The notes under the pieces: generated by a model | What the model was told of the DNA's origin: nothing | The model's input: only the letters and a program-made list of their open reading frames with translations | Database searches by the model: none | Assembly (NCBI GenBank): GCA_965644265.1 | Contig: OZ286459.1 | Span: forward strand, 131,006,001 to 131,070,000 | Direction: 5' to 3' | DNA from: Glycera tridactyla | Taxonomy: Eukaryota | DNA length: 64,000 bases | Position numbers and translations under genes: made by a program | In this document: positions 12,930 through 26,480 of the stretch, one piece after another | How positions within the stretch are numbered: position 1 is the stretch's first letter | Layout of the letters: each line of letters opens with the position of its first letter

Positions 12930-13340
12930 TATTGATATGATGTATACTATATCCAGTTTACCCTGTTTACATGGCATTTACTTGCCAGTTTACCCAATTA
13001 TATGCAGTTGGCATCATGTACACTGCATGCAGTTTACTCTATTGACATGACATTTACTAACCAGTTTACTCAATTCTATCTCATTGACAAGATATATACT
13101 GCATGCAGTTTACTCTGTTGACATGATATTTACTGACCAGTTTACCCAAATCTACATCATTGACCTGATGTATACTGCATGCAGTTTACTCTGTTAGAAT
13201 GATATTTACTGACCAGTTCACCCAAATCTACATCATTGACATGATGTATACTGCATGCAGTTTACTCTGTTGACATGACATTTGCTTGCCAGTATTCTTC
13301 ATTCCACCCCATTTACATGATGTATACTGCATGTTTACTT
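12930..13340. repeat. 76-bp minisatellite (about 5 units), left subterminal region of the CACTA-like element
   Basis: ctgcatgcagtttactct recurs at 13023, 13099, 13175, 13251; partial at 13327. Confidence 0.9.
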
Positions 13341-15773
13341 GAAGAGTCACCCCCCCACACACACACAAACTCACTGTTTCCCAGGTAGAGATTTGCACAT
13401 GCACATATATACTTGTATCAGTATATCTATCATGTTTGAGTCATTGGGCATAAGAAAATATGGTTTAAAAGATAATATATCGACAATGAGAAGTTTCTTT
13501 CATGGACTTTATTCAACATTAAATGAGTCACTTGGCTTTTTTCGAGACATCTTGCTGTGCTGATCTTCTGGAGACTTGCCCTCTATCCACCCGCCTCAAC
13601 TCCTGGTAATGACCATGAGGTGCCCTGGTTTTCCTTGCACTGCTGTCTGGTTCAGCAAGGATGTCGCTAGCGTGACACTTCTCCAGAGAATCAAATTCCT
13701 GAAGAGCACTTTTGTGTCACTGGTTCATTTGTTGTAGTATCAAGTCTGAAACAGAGAAAAATATCATCACTTTGTAGAATGAACTCTATGCAGTTTGTCA
13801 GAGTTCAGTAAGTGAGGCAATTAAGCTACAAATCAGGCAGAGAAGCTGGCAAAGATGCACATGGAAATACACACACACACGTGAATGAATTGATTCAGGA
13901 CTTTTTGCCAGGAGGACTGTGACCATTTCATTTCTCATAGTTTTGTTGATCCTCATAATTCAAGATCACCCTTTTGACATTCAGCAATTTTCATTCTTCT
14001 GTATTGCTGTCCACAGCCAATCCTGAAAAATGTGGACTGATTCTATGCAATTGAAACACCCAAATTACCATTACCAAAAATATTTTATGATCCATGAACA
14101 TAAAAACCCCAAACTATGAAAGTGAGTGATCTGCCAACCACTGTCATTCAGACAGACACACATCAGACATTTTTGAATGGGGTTGGAGTTTTATCACATG
14201 CACAGCACCTGACCTGCTGATGAACCCAGGGGGGAAGTGATTCAGTGGAAACAATGGTCGGTCCATCTCTTCCACAATTCACACTCATTTTGTTTCATGA
14301 TCTGCATTCTGATGGACCCATATGTTGTAAATACCAATACCCCATGTGGAGGAACAACACTAGATGCCGGAGGTGTGTGGGTGGGTGTGAGAGGAGGACC
14401 TGGGTTTGTTACTGTACCAAGTGAATATGTGTATGTGCATGTGTGTGTGTACGTATGCTCGGGACCTAATTCTCACATATTTGTCAATTTGTGGATGATA
14501 GTACATAAATGCACAAATTTCAGCACATTTGAATGTAAATGTGTACATCTCAGGCCAGCTTTTCAATTTGATGTAGTTAAATATTCTTCTGGTGAGAGAC
14601 CATCTCTTCTAAGAGGCAACAATTTGGTAACATTTGAGATGTCCTCTCATCACAGGTTTCACTCTATGAAGGATAAAACAGACATAATTCTCTGTTACTC
14701 TGAATTGTCTCGGCATGAAAGAAGAGGGGACGGGTCTCAGTAATCCTGCTCTTCACTGATAAACTAACAAATGAAGGAAATCATGATCTACAACTCAAGT
14801 CTTTTACCTACCCTGCATCCAGGTCATATTGAGTTGATCCTGATACCCATCTACACCAAGATGTGGGCTATCATGTATGTATATGGGGTGAGGGTGAGGG
14901 GGTGTATAAAAATGAAGTAGGTAGATTGAGACCAACTGACAGATAGATGTGTGGGTGCATGGGGGGTTGCATATCAGTGGAAATCTGAAAAAAGACTGCC
15001 TGGGGTGTCCTTAACCAAAGCAAAGTGCCGCCCTGGTGCCCCAACATCCCCCCCCAACACCTTGCCCTCTTCACCGAGTTAGTTATCTTGTGATTGATTA
15101 CTCCATGCCATCAGTTGCAAGCATCTGTGTGGGCATGAGAGAAAATGGGGAGTGTGTGTGAATGTGTGTATGTATGCATGTTTGTTCCACTGACTATCGT
15201 CTATGTTATTGTTAATGTTATTACACGCATACTCACATATCACAGGTGAACCTGCATTAAGCATGCACTGCACTAAACAAGAACCACTCTCAAGCAAATA
15301 TGCTGAATCCATCTCGCCAGGGTATTTTCACTTTAACTTACCTGTACCAAGCATGCACCTGTCCTAAACATGCACTTTTGTGCCGTCCCGTGACCGCATG
15401 CTTAGAACAGGTTTGACTGTAGAATGTTCAATGCCTAGCTGATTTCAAGTTTATTAGGAGGAAATTTGATATCTCAGATAAAATGATAAAATTGGGTGAT
15501 TAGAGCAAGCACATGCCTGATACAAGCAGAATATAGTGAAATATACTCTGATGAGATAAGGAAAAACTTCTTCCCTTGCAAAATTCCCTGCTTAGTACAG
15601 TTTTGCCATGGATGTGTACTGACATGTCCTATGCCTTTTCAAATTTGACCCAACATGACTTGTGATGTTTTGTCTCTCTTCTCTTTGATGCTATGGTGAA
15701 ACTCCATGCTTAATCCTAAATTATTGCACAGTAGAGTGTGTTGAGGAGCACAATATCTTTGTGAAAATCTGCT

Positions 15774-16020
15774 GTAAAAGGGGATATAATTGGTGATGTT
15801 TACACAATTATACACCATGTAAACTCCTTCACTTAAACGCAATTAGGATTAATGTATAATTTGTCTTATACCCAAAGTAAATCATTGACATGATGTAAAA
15901 GGGGATATAATTGGTGATGTTTACACAATTATACATCATGTAAACTGCTTCACTTAAAGTCAGTTTAGTTCGCCGTAAAAGGCTGACTTAAATACCAAGT
16001 GAATCTTTGACATGATGTCA
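15774..16020. repeat. 121-bp tandem duplication, right subterminal region of the CACTA-like element
   Basis: gtaaaaggggatataattggtgatgtttacacaattatac at 15774 and 15895. Confidence 0.85.
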
Positions 16021-16073
16021 AGTGTGATTTAAGTGATCAAGTTCACAAAGTAAACACCATATTTCACGCAGTG

Positions 16074-16440
16074 CATGTTCTAACTAATTAATGTCTGCAG
16101 CCTTCCTCAACATCCTGATATAAAGCCCACTAAGGCTTCAGGTCTCACATCCATAGAGAAGGACTGATTTTGCATACTCTCCAGGCTGTTCCTTATCTTG
16201 CCTTTGTGTCTGCTTCAGTATTGGACATCAGTGACTCCAAATAGTGGAAGCCATTGACAGATTCCAGGTGTGATCCATCCATGACTTCATTCACGTGGTT
16301 GAATGTCATTACTTTTGTTTTCCTGGCATTCATTCCTAGACCCACACTGGTTGCTGCATTTTCCACTCTAGATAGTAGCTGTTGAGCATCTCAATATAGC
16401 TCAAATGGTGCCCGCTGGTCGTGGAGTGACCTGACAGTCT
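16074..16440 (-). mobile_element. RTE-clade LINE, RT/thumb piece (upstream piece)
   Basis: DAQQLLSRVENAATSVGLGMNARKTKVMTFN...LESVNGFHYL...SVLLYGCET*...YIRMLRKAADIN*LEH; joins the 12410-12601 piece once the insertion is removed (...EH-VTNEE). Confidence 0.8.
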
Positions 16441-17677
16441 AGTAACCAACCACTCCACTTCTGCGTGACGCATATAAACTGTCTGTGATGTCACACTGAT
16501 ATCCAGCTTTTGTGGCTGCTTGGCTGTGCGGGCCATTCACTTACATTGCTGTGAGCTCTGCAAAGCCTCTCACAAATGAACACAGATATGATACGATGGA
16601 TCACACCACTAAGAGAGAGAACAACCGTCTTATCGCCGATTCTCAAACATCGTCGACTGATTCCTATTTCACAAGAAAACGCAATCTTTTGCAAAATTTA
16701 GAATCTCTTTTCAAACCACATCCATATGATCAGCCGATAAGTCGGCGAGGGGAAATTTATTTCAGCCTGTTTTAACACTATCGGCACGCCGTATGCAATT
16801 CTCGTATCGAGCTTCTTTCTTCTTACAGTCTTGAAAATCAAATATTCGAGTCGATATTGAAGAGATTGAAGGATTAGGTGAAGCGTCCTTCAAAATGTGC
16901 TGGTGCATTTGGAAATCGAATGGCAAGGATTTGGCTTGTTGATTGAATTAATGAGATTTTCCGCGGGTGAGATCACTGTATTCAGACTGGGGATTTTTTG
17001 AAACGATTTCGTTAACGGAATGTAGACGCATTGTGAGGACTGAGTAAAATCCATCGAAACACAGGATATATCGAGATGGCTGATGACACAAAAATGCAGT
17101 CTCATGAAGGGTGATTGACAACATCGATTTGTCTTCAGCCGAGATGTGAAAATCATCTATCCTGCAAGTTGCCTCGTATCTATAGGACTTGAAAGGGCGG
17201 GGGTTCCTGAGGTTGTGGTACATTTGGTGAAGGCAGAATATGCTGTGTTATGAGAGTTACTCGTGAACGTGACGAGAACACGTAAAAGGCGTCACCAGTG
17301 CCAGTTTCAATCGTCCAATTAGCCGCTACTCGAGTACTCCTCTCTCCCGATGTACTAACATTGCTCAAGAATGCCAGAAACCTTTTGAGATTCTTCAGAT
17401 GTTGCTAGGTGGACNNNNNNNNNNNNNNNNNNNNNNNNNNNNNNNNNNNNNNNNNNNNNNNNNNNNNNNNNNNNNNNNNNNNNNNNNNNNNNNNNNNNNN
17501 NNNNNNNNNNNNNNNNNNNNNNNNNNNNNNNNNNNNNNNNNNNNNNNNNNNNNNNNNNNNNNNNNNNNNNNNNNNNNTTGAATTCGGTCTTGTCCATATG
17601 TACCGATCCTAGTGAGATCATATTGTTTGAACATTATGTGATGTGTTGAAGGGCATTGCCTTCAGATCCATTAAACC

Positions 17678-17801
17678 ATCCATCCACCCGTCCATACATC
17701 GATCAATCTATCCATCCATTCATCCATCCATCTATCCATTCATCCATCCATCCATCCATCCATCCATCCATCCACCCATCCATCCATCCATGCATCCATC
17801 C
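17678..17801. repeat. (ATCC)n microsatellite
   Basis: Imperfect tetranucleotide run. Confidence 0.9.
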
Positions 17802-18437
17802 AACAATACCTACACTACGATTTTGAGGTAGTGATTCGACCGCGGAGAGATTCAATGGCATTTGTAGAGACCTGCTATCATGATACTGTACGCTATGATA
17901 ATGAGTACAGTTGCTCTCGACGATTTACCTACCTCCACATATCAGAGGATATGGTATCTTTTTTTATTATATCTTTCGCCTTCATTCACACTTCATCGAG
18001 GATTCAATCTGTTTATCCATGCTTGAAGATCTTGCTTGAAGAATTGATCGGCTCTTTGTCTCTCTTTACTTTTGCGAAATGCTTCGTTTGAACTCAAGGT
18101 GCTCTGTTTCCAACTACAATACAATAGAATAAAATAAGTGAGCAGCGAACATATTCAAGGGCAGTACATGACCATACCTGTGGAGAGAGAGAGAGCTTCC
18201 AATTCCATGGGTCAAAGAGGTGTCCACCTGCTGAACGTGAAAATGTGTAATGTCTCTGTTGTGCCCTGTCTCGACACAAGGCTCTGGTTAACCCGAGCCG
18301 CTATGTTAACCCGGGCCGATGATACTCATGACGAGATTAAACACCCTCATCCATATAATCATCATCAGTGTGTCTTCGTCTTCGCCTTCGTATTCGTCTT
18401 CGTCCTCGTTCTGGCAGGCAGGCAGGTTAAGAGCGGA

Positions 18438-18471
18438 AGAGAGAGAGGGAGGGGATAGAGAGAGAGAGAGA

Positions 18472-18520
<49 letters not shown>
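18438..18520. repeat. (GA)n microsatellite
   Basis: Direct inspection. Confidence 0.95.
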
Positions 18521-18568
18521 GTGGGGGTTACATAAATCAATGAAGCATGGTAGCTCAATTGGTAAGAA

Positions 18569-21331
18569 TAGTCTGTGGGCCAATTCATGAAAATTCAGTT
18601 TCCGTAGGACCGGAAGGGAAATTAGGTTTTTGGCTCAATTTCATAGATTGAAGTACAACAAACAAATTTGGACAGGGGTACCTCTTCAAAAAGTGTCCAA
18701 AGGTGGATTTCAGACTAGAATCCAAAATGGCTGCCATGGGCCAATTCATGAAAATCCAGATTCCCTAGGACTTGAAGGGAAATTAGGTTTCTCTGCTCGA
18801 TTTCATGGATTAATGTATGACAAACAAATTTAGATGAGGGTATCTCTTCCAAAAGTGAATTTTGGGCAAAAAACAAGATGGCCACCAATATTTTGAAAAA
18901 AAAGTACAAAATTCACTGATTGTTCCCAGTGCATTGCAATCATGGGCCAATCCACATTACAACTCATATGCTGATATAAACTGTATTCCATACTCACAAA
19001 AGACCTATGCAGAGTCAAATTCACCATGGTTGCCATGGTTACCACATAAAATCAAATCAAAATGTGACTAGAATGGGACATGATATCGAGACTTCTGTAG
19101 CTAGCAGGAAAGCATTTTTGGCAACATGATATACAGATTGTGAGTAAATGGACATTCCACCACCAATTTGTTAGATAGAAAATATTTTTAGCAAAACGGT
19201 CTAAGAGTGTGGCCAGACAGTAGGTTATAGTCCATGTTACACTATGATGCTGTTCTGCTACTCAGTCAATTCAGTTGCCATGCAGACTGAGTCTATACAT
19301 AAGGAAGTAATTAAAATGATAGACCAGGGTGTGTATGAGAAGCTTGCACCTTATACTGAGGGTCAAATAAAAATGCAGGTCTCTGTTGGCTGTAGCTTTC
19401 TGGATAATATGTCCTTATCGTTAATCTCATGATCAGGCACAAAACAAGTATATCTGCTTCCATCGAACCAGACAAACCCACCAAATTTGCCATATCTCCC
19501 TTGAAACTCTTTCTGATTTTCATGAAATGAAAAAATTAATTGAGGCTTAAGAACCATCTATATACATCTGAATAACAATTAATGTTTCAAACCAATGCAT
19601 AACTATCTAGAACTTCATCGAACACGAAAAATTGGCTTTACAGTGGAGCTAACATAACTTGAGTCATCAAGAATCAAGTTTTGTTCTGAGACCCATGATC
19701 TTGAATTTCATCAATAACTGCACATCATGTCCACCTGACTTAGTTTTTATACAGTCATCGCTCTACTTTCTCTTTCATTTTTGACAACCTGAAATTCGCC
19801 ACAAATCTATCAAAATGTGTTTCATACACCAATCCTATCTTCTTTTCATCTGGGGAGTAGGTCATATCCAGTAAGTTTTCACTCATAAAGAAATGTCCTT
19901 CAATGACACTTGTCTGAGGTGGGAACTCTGATCCATAGTCATCACAGGCAGAAGATGAAAGAAACTGTTTGGAGGTGACTTGTTTCAAATTAAGGTCAAC
20001 TGATGGCTCAACTTGAGCAGCAATCACTACTGTGTTGCCACCTCCTGAAAGTCTAATTAAACATGGTTTGACAATGTAATATGCATGACTGGATATTTCA
20101 TGTCATATTTTTTGTGTAGATAAAAAAAACATGTTGTTCACCAGCTAGTGCTGTGAAATTGCACATGCAGAGACTCAACACATGAAATGGAGGGAATCCA
20201 GAATAATGAGGTGATACAAGGAAGGAGACATCTGAAAACAATCTTGAAATTTGGTAAAATTGTTTGAGTCTCGAAAATTGATCACTGGAAATCATGCATC
20301 ACACTCTTCTTCTTGATGCTTGATAAATGCGTCCAGTCCTCAATTTTTTGTTTATTTAGATTAGCAAGACCCTGGACCAATAAAAAAGCAAATTATCACT
20401 CTTCCAAATTCTGTTAGTATTCTAGACAGAAAAAATGGACATTCTTTTAACAAGCATCAGTGTACCCCACATTCACAGCATTCATGGCTTACAAAAATCT
20501 TTTTCCTACCACCCATAAAATATCACTGGCTAATACTATATCAAAAATTGTGATGTTGTTTGATGATCTTGGAAGATATGGTCTTCTAAGTAACATGTTA
20601 TTGATTTCCATGTATAACTGGACATGTCAAAAAGGGATGATTTTGAGACATTTGAGTTCAGTAATGCTTTGATGTTGTACACGAACACCACTTTATATTT
20701 GGGCGATCCATAACCATGACAATTTGAGATTCTTGGGTGGTTGATGAAAGTGAATATCTTTGTTAGTAAGGAAATGGCAGCTGATTATGTGTTAGAAAGT
20801 GCACAATTACACCTATTCTCTGGATTGTCACCTATGATTTCATTCTGTGCTTATCATGATATATTATATACATGGTGAATTTGATTCTTCATAAGATCTT
20901 GGGTGAATATAAAATACAGTTTATATCAGCATACAAGTTGTAACATTGATTTGACTATGATTGCAGAGCTTGAGAATTAAACCAGGAATTGTGTATCCGA
21001 AATTTCGGTGGCAATCTTCTTTTGGACACTTTTTGGACAGGTACCCCCCCCCCATCTAAATATGTCTGTTATACATCAATCCATGAAAGTAAGCAGAAAG
21101 ACCCAATTTTTTTCCCAATCTGATGGATTTTGGATTTTCATCAATTGACCAGAGGCGGCCCTTCTGAATTTTGGACTGACAACCACTTTCAGACACTTTT
21201 TGAAGAGGTAGCCCTGTCTAATTTTTTTTGTTATACTTCAATCTTTGAAATTAAGCAGAGAAACCTAATTTTCTTTCTGGTCCTACGAAGAGTGGTTTTT
21301 TAGCCTCTTTTGAGAAATGGCACACGGACTA
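18569..21331 (-). mobile_element. Degenerate long-TIR DNA transposon, Academ-like
   Basis: Termini TAGTCTGTGGGCC...GGCACACGGACTA; diverged inverted arms of about 460 bp (18569-19028 versus 20871-21331) with internal sub-repeats; possible 3-bp TSD GAA/GTA; broken protein-like reading frames on the - strand at 19363-20300. Family call rests on TAG termini and long TIRs only. Confidence 0.6.
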
Positions 21332-21363
21332 GTACCGATGGTGTTGTTCATGCCTATCCTAAA

Positions 21364-21450
21364 GCCGTGACTTCACTCCTTTTCCATGACCGTGGCTTCG
21401 TACCTTTTCTATAGCCGTGGCTCCACACCTTCTCCACCTCCGTGGCTTCT
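21364..21450. repeat. Short tandem array (about 25-bp unit, ccgtggcttc core, 4 units)
   Basis: ccgtgacttc / ccgtggcttc / ccgtggctcc / ccgtggcttc at roughly 25-bp spacing. Confidence 0.7.
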
Positions 21451-24023
21451 ATCTACTCGCTTTCATCGTCACATCAAACAGAACATGATGTGAAATCTGT
21501 AGCCGAACCTTTCTTTGTCCATTTCTTTTTCTCTCAGAAACGGGTTATGAATTTCTGAATGATAATGATGATGTCGATAATTCCGAGNNNNNNNNNNNNN
21601 NNNNNNNNNNNNNNNNNNNNNNNNNNNNNNNNNNNNNNNNNNNNNNNNNNNNNNNNNNNNNNNNNNNNNNNNNNNNNNNNNNNNNNNNNNNNNNNNNNNN
21701 NNNNNNNNNNNNNNNNTGGATGGATAGATTGGCATCGGCCCTGGTTTAACCTAGGCCGTCCTGTCTCACTCCGATCATCGTGACCGAGACGGGACACCGT
21801 CCCGGGTTAACCCGGACCGATGGTCGAGACGGGGCACAACATCTCCAGAATAATATAATATTATAGCGCACATTTGTCTGCACATATGGGAAAGAATGGT
21901 ATAGTGGATGCCTCATTCTGTGGTTTGCACTGATCATACTGGGTTTTATAGAGTTAAATGCGTGGGCACACACAACAATTAAGTCTCGATTGAATTAATA
22001 ATGGACTAATACAAAAAGCACTCGTTGATTGACATTTTACGGGACCATTCCTAAATGACATGCAGACGGATGCAATAGAGGCTGGAGAATAAGAGACAGT
22101 GACAGAGGCATCTCTTCTTCAACGCAATGCAAATTCAAATTGGTGTAGGACACATTTCAGGCTGATAATTTATCAAACTTTGTGCTCTGATTTAAACAAT
22201 GACACATGTGTCGGATGTTGTCGCATATATTTCTATCAATATTGGCATACCCTTTCTATAAATATTGGCAAAACGTACCGGTGAAATAAAAAAGGATGTG
22301 ACGCAATGTTGGGCATGCCTTTAATCATGACGTCATGATCGAAGCCCGCAAATGGTAGATGACGTCACATCTCGATTACCGGAGGAGGCTGCAGCATCCA
22401 CCCTGGAACAAGAGACAGAAATCTAAAGGAGGCCCATGTATGTATTCTTGTGATCCACACTTTCTATTCATCTATTTTCGAGCTTTATCTTCCGATTCAA
22501 AGATCTCCATGAATACCGATGTTCCAACTTTCCGGTTCCCCAATTCGCCAGCTTCGTGGTGACACCATCTGTATGCGACTATTAGTAATTTGGGAGATCC
22601 AAGATTCGCTTCAGATTCGATCGCATCTGAATGAATCGATTTACGGATTTCTCATTTCGATTCATCGACATTTCTGAATCGANNNNNNNNNNNNNNNNNN
22701 NNNNNNNNNNNNNNNNNNNNNNNNNNNNNNNNNNNNNNNNNNNNNNNNNNNNNNNNNNNNNNNNNNNNNNNNNNNNNNNNNNNNNNNNNNNNNNNNNNNN
22801 NNNNNNNNNNNNNNNNNNNNNNNNNNNNNNNNNNNNNNNNNNNNNNNNNNNNNNNNNNNNNNNNNNNNNNNNNNNNNNNNNNNNNNNNNNNNNNNNNNNN
22901 NNNNNNNNNNNNNNNNNNNNNNNNNNNNNNNNNNNNNNNNNNNNNNNNNNNNNNNNNNNNNNNNNNNNNNNNNNNNNNNNNNNNNNNNNNNNNNNNNNNN
23001 NNNNNNNNNNNNNNNNNNNNNNNNNNNNNNNNNNNNNNNNNNNNNNNNNNNNNNNNNNNNNNNNNNNNNNNNNNNNNNNNNNNNNNNNNNNNNNNNNNNN
23101 NNNNNNNNNNNNNNNNNNNNNNNNNNTTTCTCTGCCGGTTTGATTATGTCAGTATTCTTCTGTAGTTCCTGGACTCTGGAGACGCTCACATTATGCACGA
23201 AGTGTACATCTACAAGGCGTGTCTAGTGGCATTCCGACCAGTTCAAGAAAAAAAGCAACTGAGTATATCTGTTGTTTGATGGACTGTGGTACGACTGTCA
23301 TTGCCCATGTCATGCGCGAACAGCCGGAAAGTGGGTAAAAGAGAGGGAGAGAGATACAAAATGAGAGAGNNNNNNNNNNNNNNNNNNNNNNNNNNNNNNN
23401 NNNNNNNNNNNNNNNNNNNNNNNNNNNNNNNNNNNNNNNNNNNNNNNNNNNNNNNNNNNNNNNNNNNNNNNNNNNNNNNNNNNNNNNNNNNNNNNNNNNN
23501 NNNNNNNNNNNNNNNNNNNNNNNNNNNNNNNNNNNNNATGAAGAAGGGTGGAGATGGGAGGGGGTCGGACATAAATAAAGCATCGAGAGGAGAGTAAGAA
23601 GGGAATAAATAAGGTTGGCCGAATACAATGGCTGTCTGCAGCGCGTCTCACGCAAGAGCTATCACCTGACTAGCCATCTATCAATGATGTAAGCTTGCTG
23701 CTGAAGGAATAAAACAGTAGTCAGCTGGCCGGCTCCCACTCACATGGCAATCATACCGGCCAGCGTATTGCTCATCAAAGCACACACTCTCTCGCGTAAA
23801 GCCTGAGTGTCACTACATTGAGAGAGAATTGAGCAGGATGCAGTGCACGGCAAAAACGATACAATCGTCGACTTTGTGCAGGAACCCGAGGGATGGGGTC
23901 CATTCACAATAATCTTGCGATGTCACCTTATGCGAAAGCACCTTACTTGCATAGTATCCAGCTTTCTACATTTCAGTCTTCTGCGAATAAATAGCAATGT
24001 GTCTGTACCACTTCAATGTCGAT

Positions 24024-24451
24024 GAATACTATCATTATCATTATTATCATTATTATAATTATTATAATCATAATTATTATATTATTGTTGTCATTGTCAT
24101 TATTATTATCTTTATCATTATCATTATCATTATCATTAATTGTTATTATCATTATTATTCAAAACAGAAGATCACCCCAAAACACTTCATCAATATGCTC
24201 CAAAGATCAATTTCATTCTAAACCTAAGTAAATCAATCGACCAAAGACAATGATGATGAGGATGATGAGAACATGGCGATGACAATGATGACGTGGACAA
24301 TAGTGATAATGATAAAGATGAGGGAATCGCTGGTGATTATAATGATAATAGTGGGACGATAATCATAATACCGATAATAATGAAGATAATAACACTGGTG
24401 ATGATGACGATGACGATGACGATAGCGATGACGACGAAGAAGACGACGACA
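24024..24451. repeat. ATT/ATC and GAT/GAC triplet low-complexity block
   Basis: Direct inspection; runs into an N-gap. Confidence 0.9.
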
Positions 24452-26395
24452 NNNNNNNNNNNNNNNNNNNNNNNNNNNNNNNNNNNNNNNNNNNNNNNNN
24501 NNNNNNNNNNNNNNNNNNNNNNNNNNNNNNNNNNNNNNNNNNNNNNNNNNNNNNNNNNNNNNNNNNNNNNNNNNNNNNNNNNNNNNNNNNNNNNCAACTG
24601 GATGAACTACTATTGCAACAAGTTGATAATAATCTTGCATGTATCTTCGTCATTGAACATGAAGTCGGTTGAATTCGGGCCAAGACAATGTCACATTCCA
24701 CACAATGAGTTGATAGCCTGCGGTCTGAGGCGACAAGATGAGTCATCTTTTGTCCCATTCAGACAGACGCTATTGTTTTTGAGAAAGAACTGAATCATGT
24801 TATTGGGGGATGATTAAAACATGATCTATCTCACTTTGCCAGCAAACGATAATGACAGCGATTTCTCGTCTTTCTCATATGAATTTATAGACAGTCGAGT
24901 GGTGTCGGTGATCAATTCTTGAGAATAGATTGGTCGGAAGTAGCCCGTTTTCCTCAGCGCGAGCCCAGTGTATTGAGTATCGAAGAGATGTCGTAAAGAT
25001 GTTTGGAAATCCAATTAGATATACTGAAATCGTCAGCGTTGTCTGGAAAATCTTCCCCTTTTCGGATCAGTTCCATCGAGTTCGTCAAGATCAGAACCGA
25101 CTCGGATATAGTATTTCCAAAAAAAGTCGGAACCGTCAAAACCTGATTGATATTTTCAGTACGAAAATGAATTTTGAGCCGGTATGAGTGCGATAAACAC
25201 CATCATGAAAAATCAACAGCCTCGCTTTGCACAGGTTGAGCCTCCCCCACCCTCCCCATCGAGTTGGATCTGCAGTGCTGGTGGCGATAATCCTTTAGCC
25301 GCAGAGCAGGTGGCTAGTAACAGGATATATGCCATATTTCTCCAAGGAGTTTGATTCGGTCCTAGACAATATTTGTATCTGTGCTTGGACCCTTCTCTCA
25401 TATACTATTCAGTCTGAAGACTGGTCGGATCGAGTGTTCAGTTATTGTTCACCCTATACTTTCGAAATGAGACGTGCTCAATACTGTCTAAACTGATGCA
25501 CTTTTGCTTCTTGTCTAACAGCCCTAAACTCCATGATTGCAAACATTCACTCAATTGATACACTTGCTCTGGCCATTATGGTGATGTGGCCAGAGAGTGT
25601 AAGGAAACTACAGGGTGGGTTGTTCTATTACCCTTGAGCGCCATCCAGGCCATATTCGGACGCCAATGCTATGGAGTCCTCCGTCTGGGTGCCCAATTCA
25701 ACTCACAGACACTGAAAGTGCATTTTCTGCCATCGGACAAATAATTGATTCACATGGCTTTCACTAGGTCCATTGCTTTTTGCCACTGTATCACACTGTG
25801 ACCATGAGAGCAGTACTTTTGTTCTCCACTTGGCCGTAGGATCGAGTGAGTTGAAAAATCGAGAAAAACAAGCTCATGAAAGTCATATGACTAAGACACA
25901 GACACATGCATACTTCCCTGATCTGCAGGAAGAGAGGTCATTCAGTTCCTCATCATTGAGATAGGATTCATTCATGGATAATTGTGATATCTTTTCAATT
26001 CGATGATTGAAGCAAACCTATTGCCGCCATCGATACTCTACTTTGTGGCGTGTGTGAGCCTCTATCATTAGGTCACTTTTCATATATGTTTTGATAAATC
26101 TAGTTATGTGTTATGAAGTATGAAGACCTGGCGTGAAATAGTCGATCAAACGCCATGGGTTGGTTTCAAATGAGTAGATATGCAGGGAAGCACCAGACAG
26201 GTGAGTATCCGGGGCGGAAAGATTGGAAGGACGTCTATCCCAACGATCGATATGGAAGAAATTGATTATTATTATAATGTAAATGAGACAGACAAGGGTA
26301 TGAAATGGATTTGAGCGATCAAGGTTTTGGATGAATATTTATTATCAAGACAGAGGAGGAGGGGTGGGCAAACAACCTCATCTGAAGCGCAGCGT

Positions 26396-26396
26396 G

Positions 26397-26464
<68 letters not shown>

Positions 26465-26480
26465 CACACACACACGCACA
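26396..26480. repeat. (CA)n microsatellite
   Basis: Direct inspection. Confidence 0.95.

Larger units (their letters stand above)
12602..16073. mobile_element. Non-autonomous CACTA/EnSpm-like DNA transposon inserted in the RTE LINE
   Basis: 28-bp imperfect TIRs (AACTGCATGAAATTTGAGGTTTACTTTG versus reverse complement of the right end CACTGCGTGAAATATGGTGTTTACTTTG, 23/28); 3-bp TSD CAT at 12599-12601 and 16074-16076; subterminal GTAAAC/GTTTAC repeats and minisatellites. Confidence 0.75.
18257..21841. mobile_element. Ginger-like non-autonomous TIR element (TGT...ACA, 4-bp TSD) hosting the Academ-like insertion
   Basis: TGTTGTGCCCTGTCTCGAC (18257-18275) versus GTCGAGACGGGGCACAACA (21823-21841), 18/19 complementary; TSD TCTC at 18253-18256 and 21842-21845; GGTTAACC-type subterminal motifs at both ends. 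Span crosses an N-gap. Confidence 0.55.

Noticed and set aside
12930-13340. Regularly spaced repeats considered as a CRISPR-like array
   Set aside because: Units are similar along their whole 76 bp with no unique spacers, in a eukaryotic transposon: a minisatellite.
16640-17250. Possible + strand LINE RT relic
   Set aside because: Similarity too weak to support by eye; the same applies to traces near 39400-39520 and 42170-42500.
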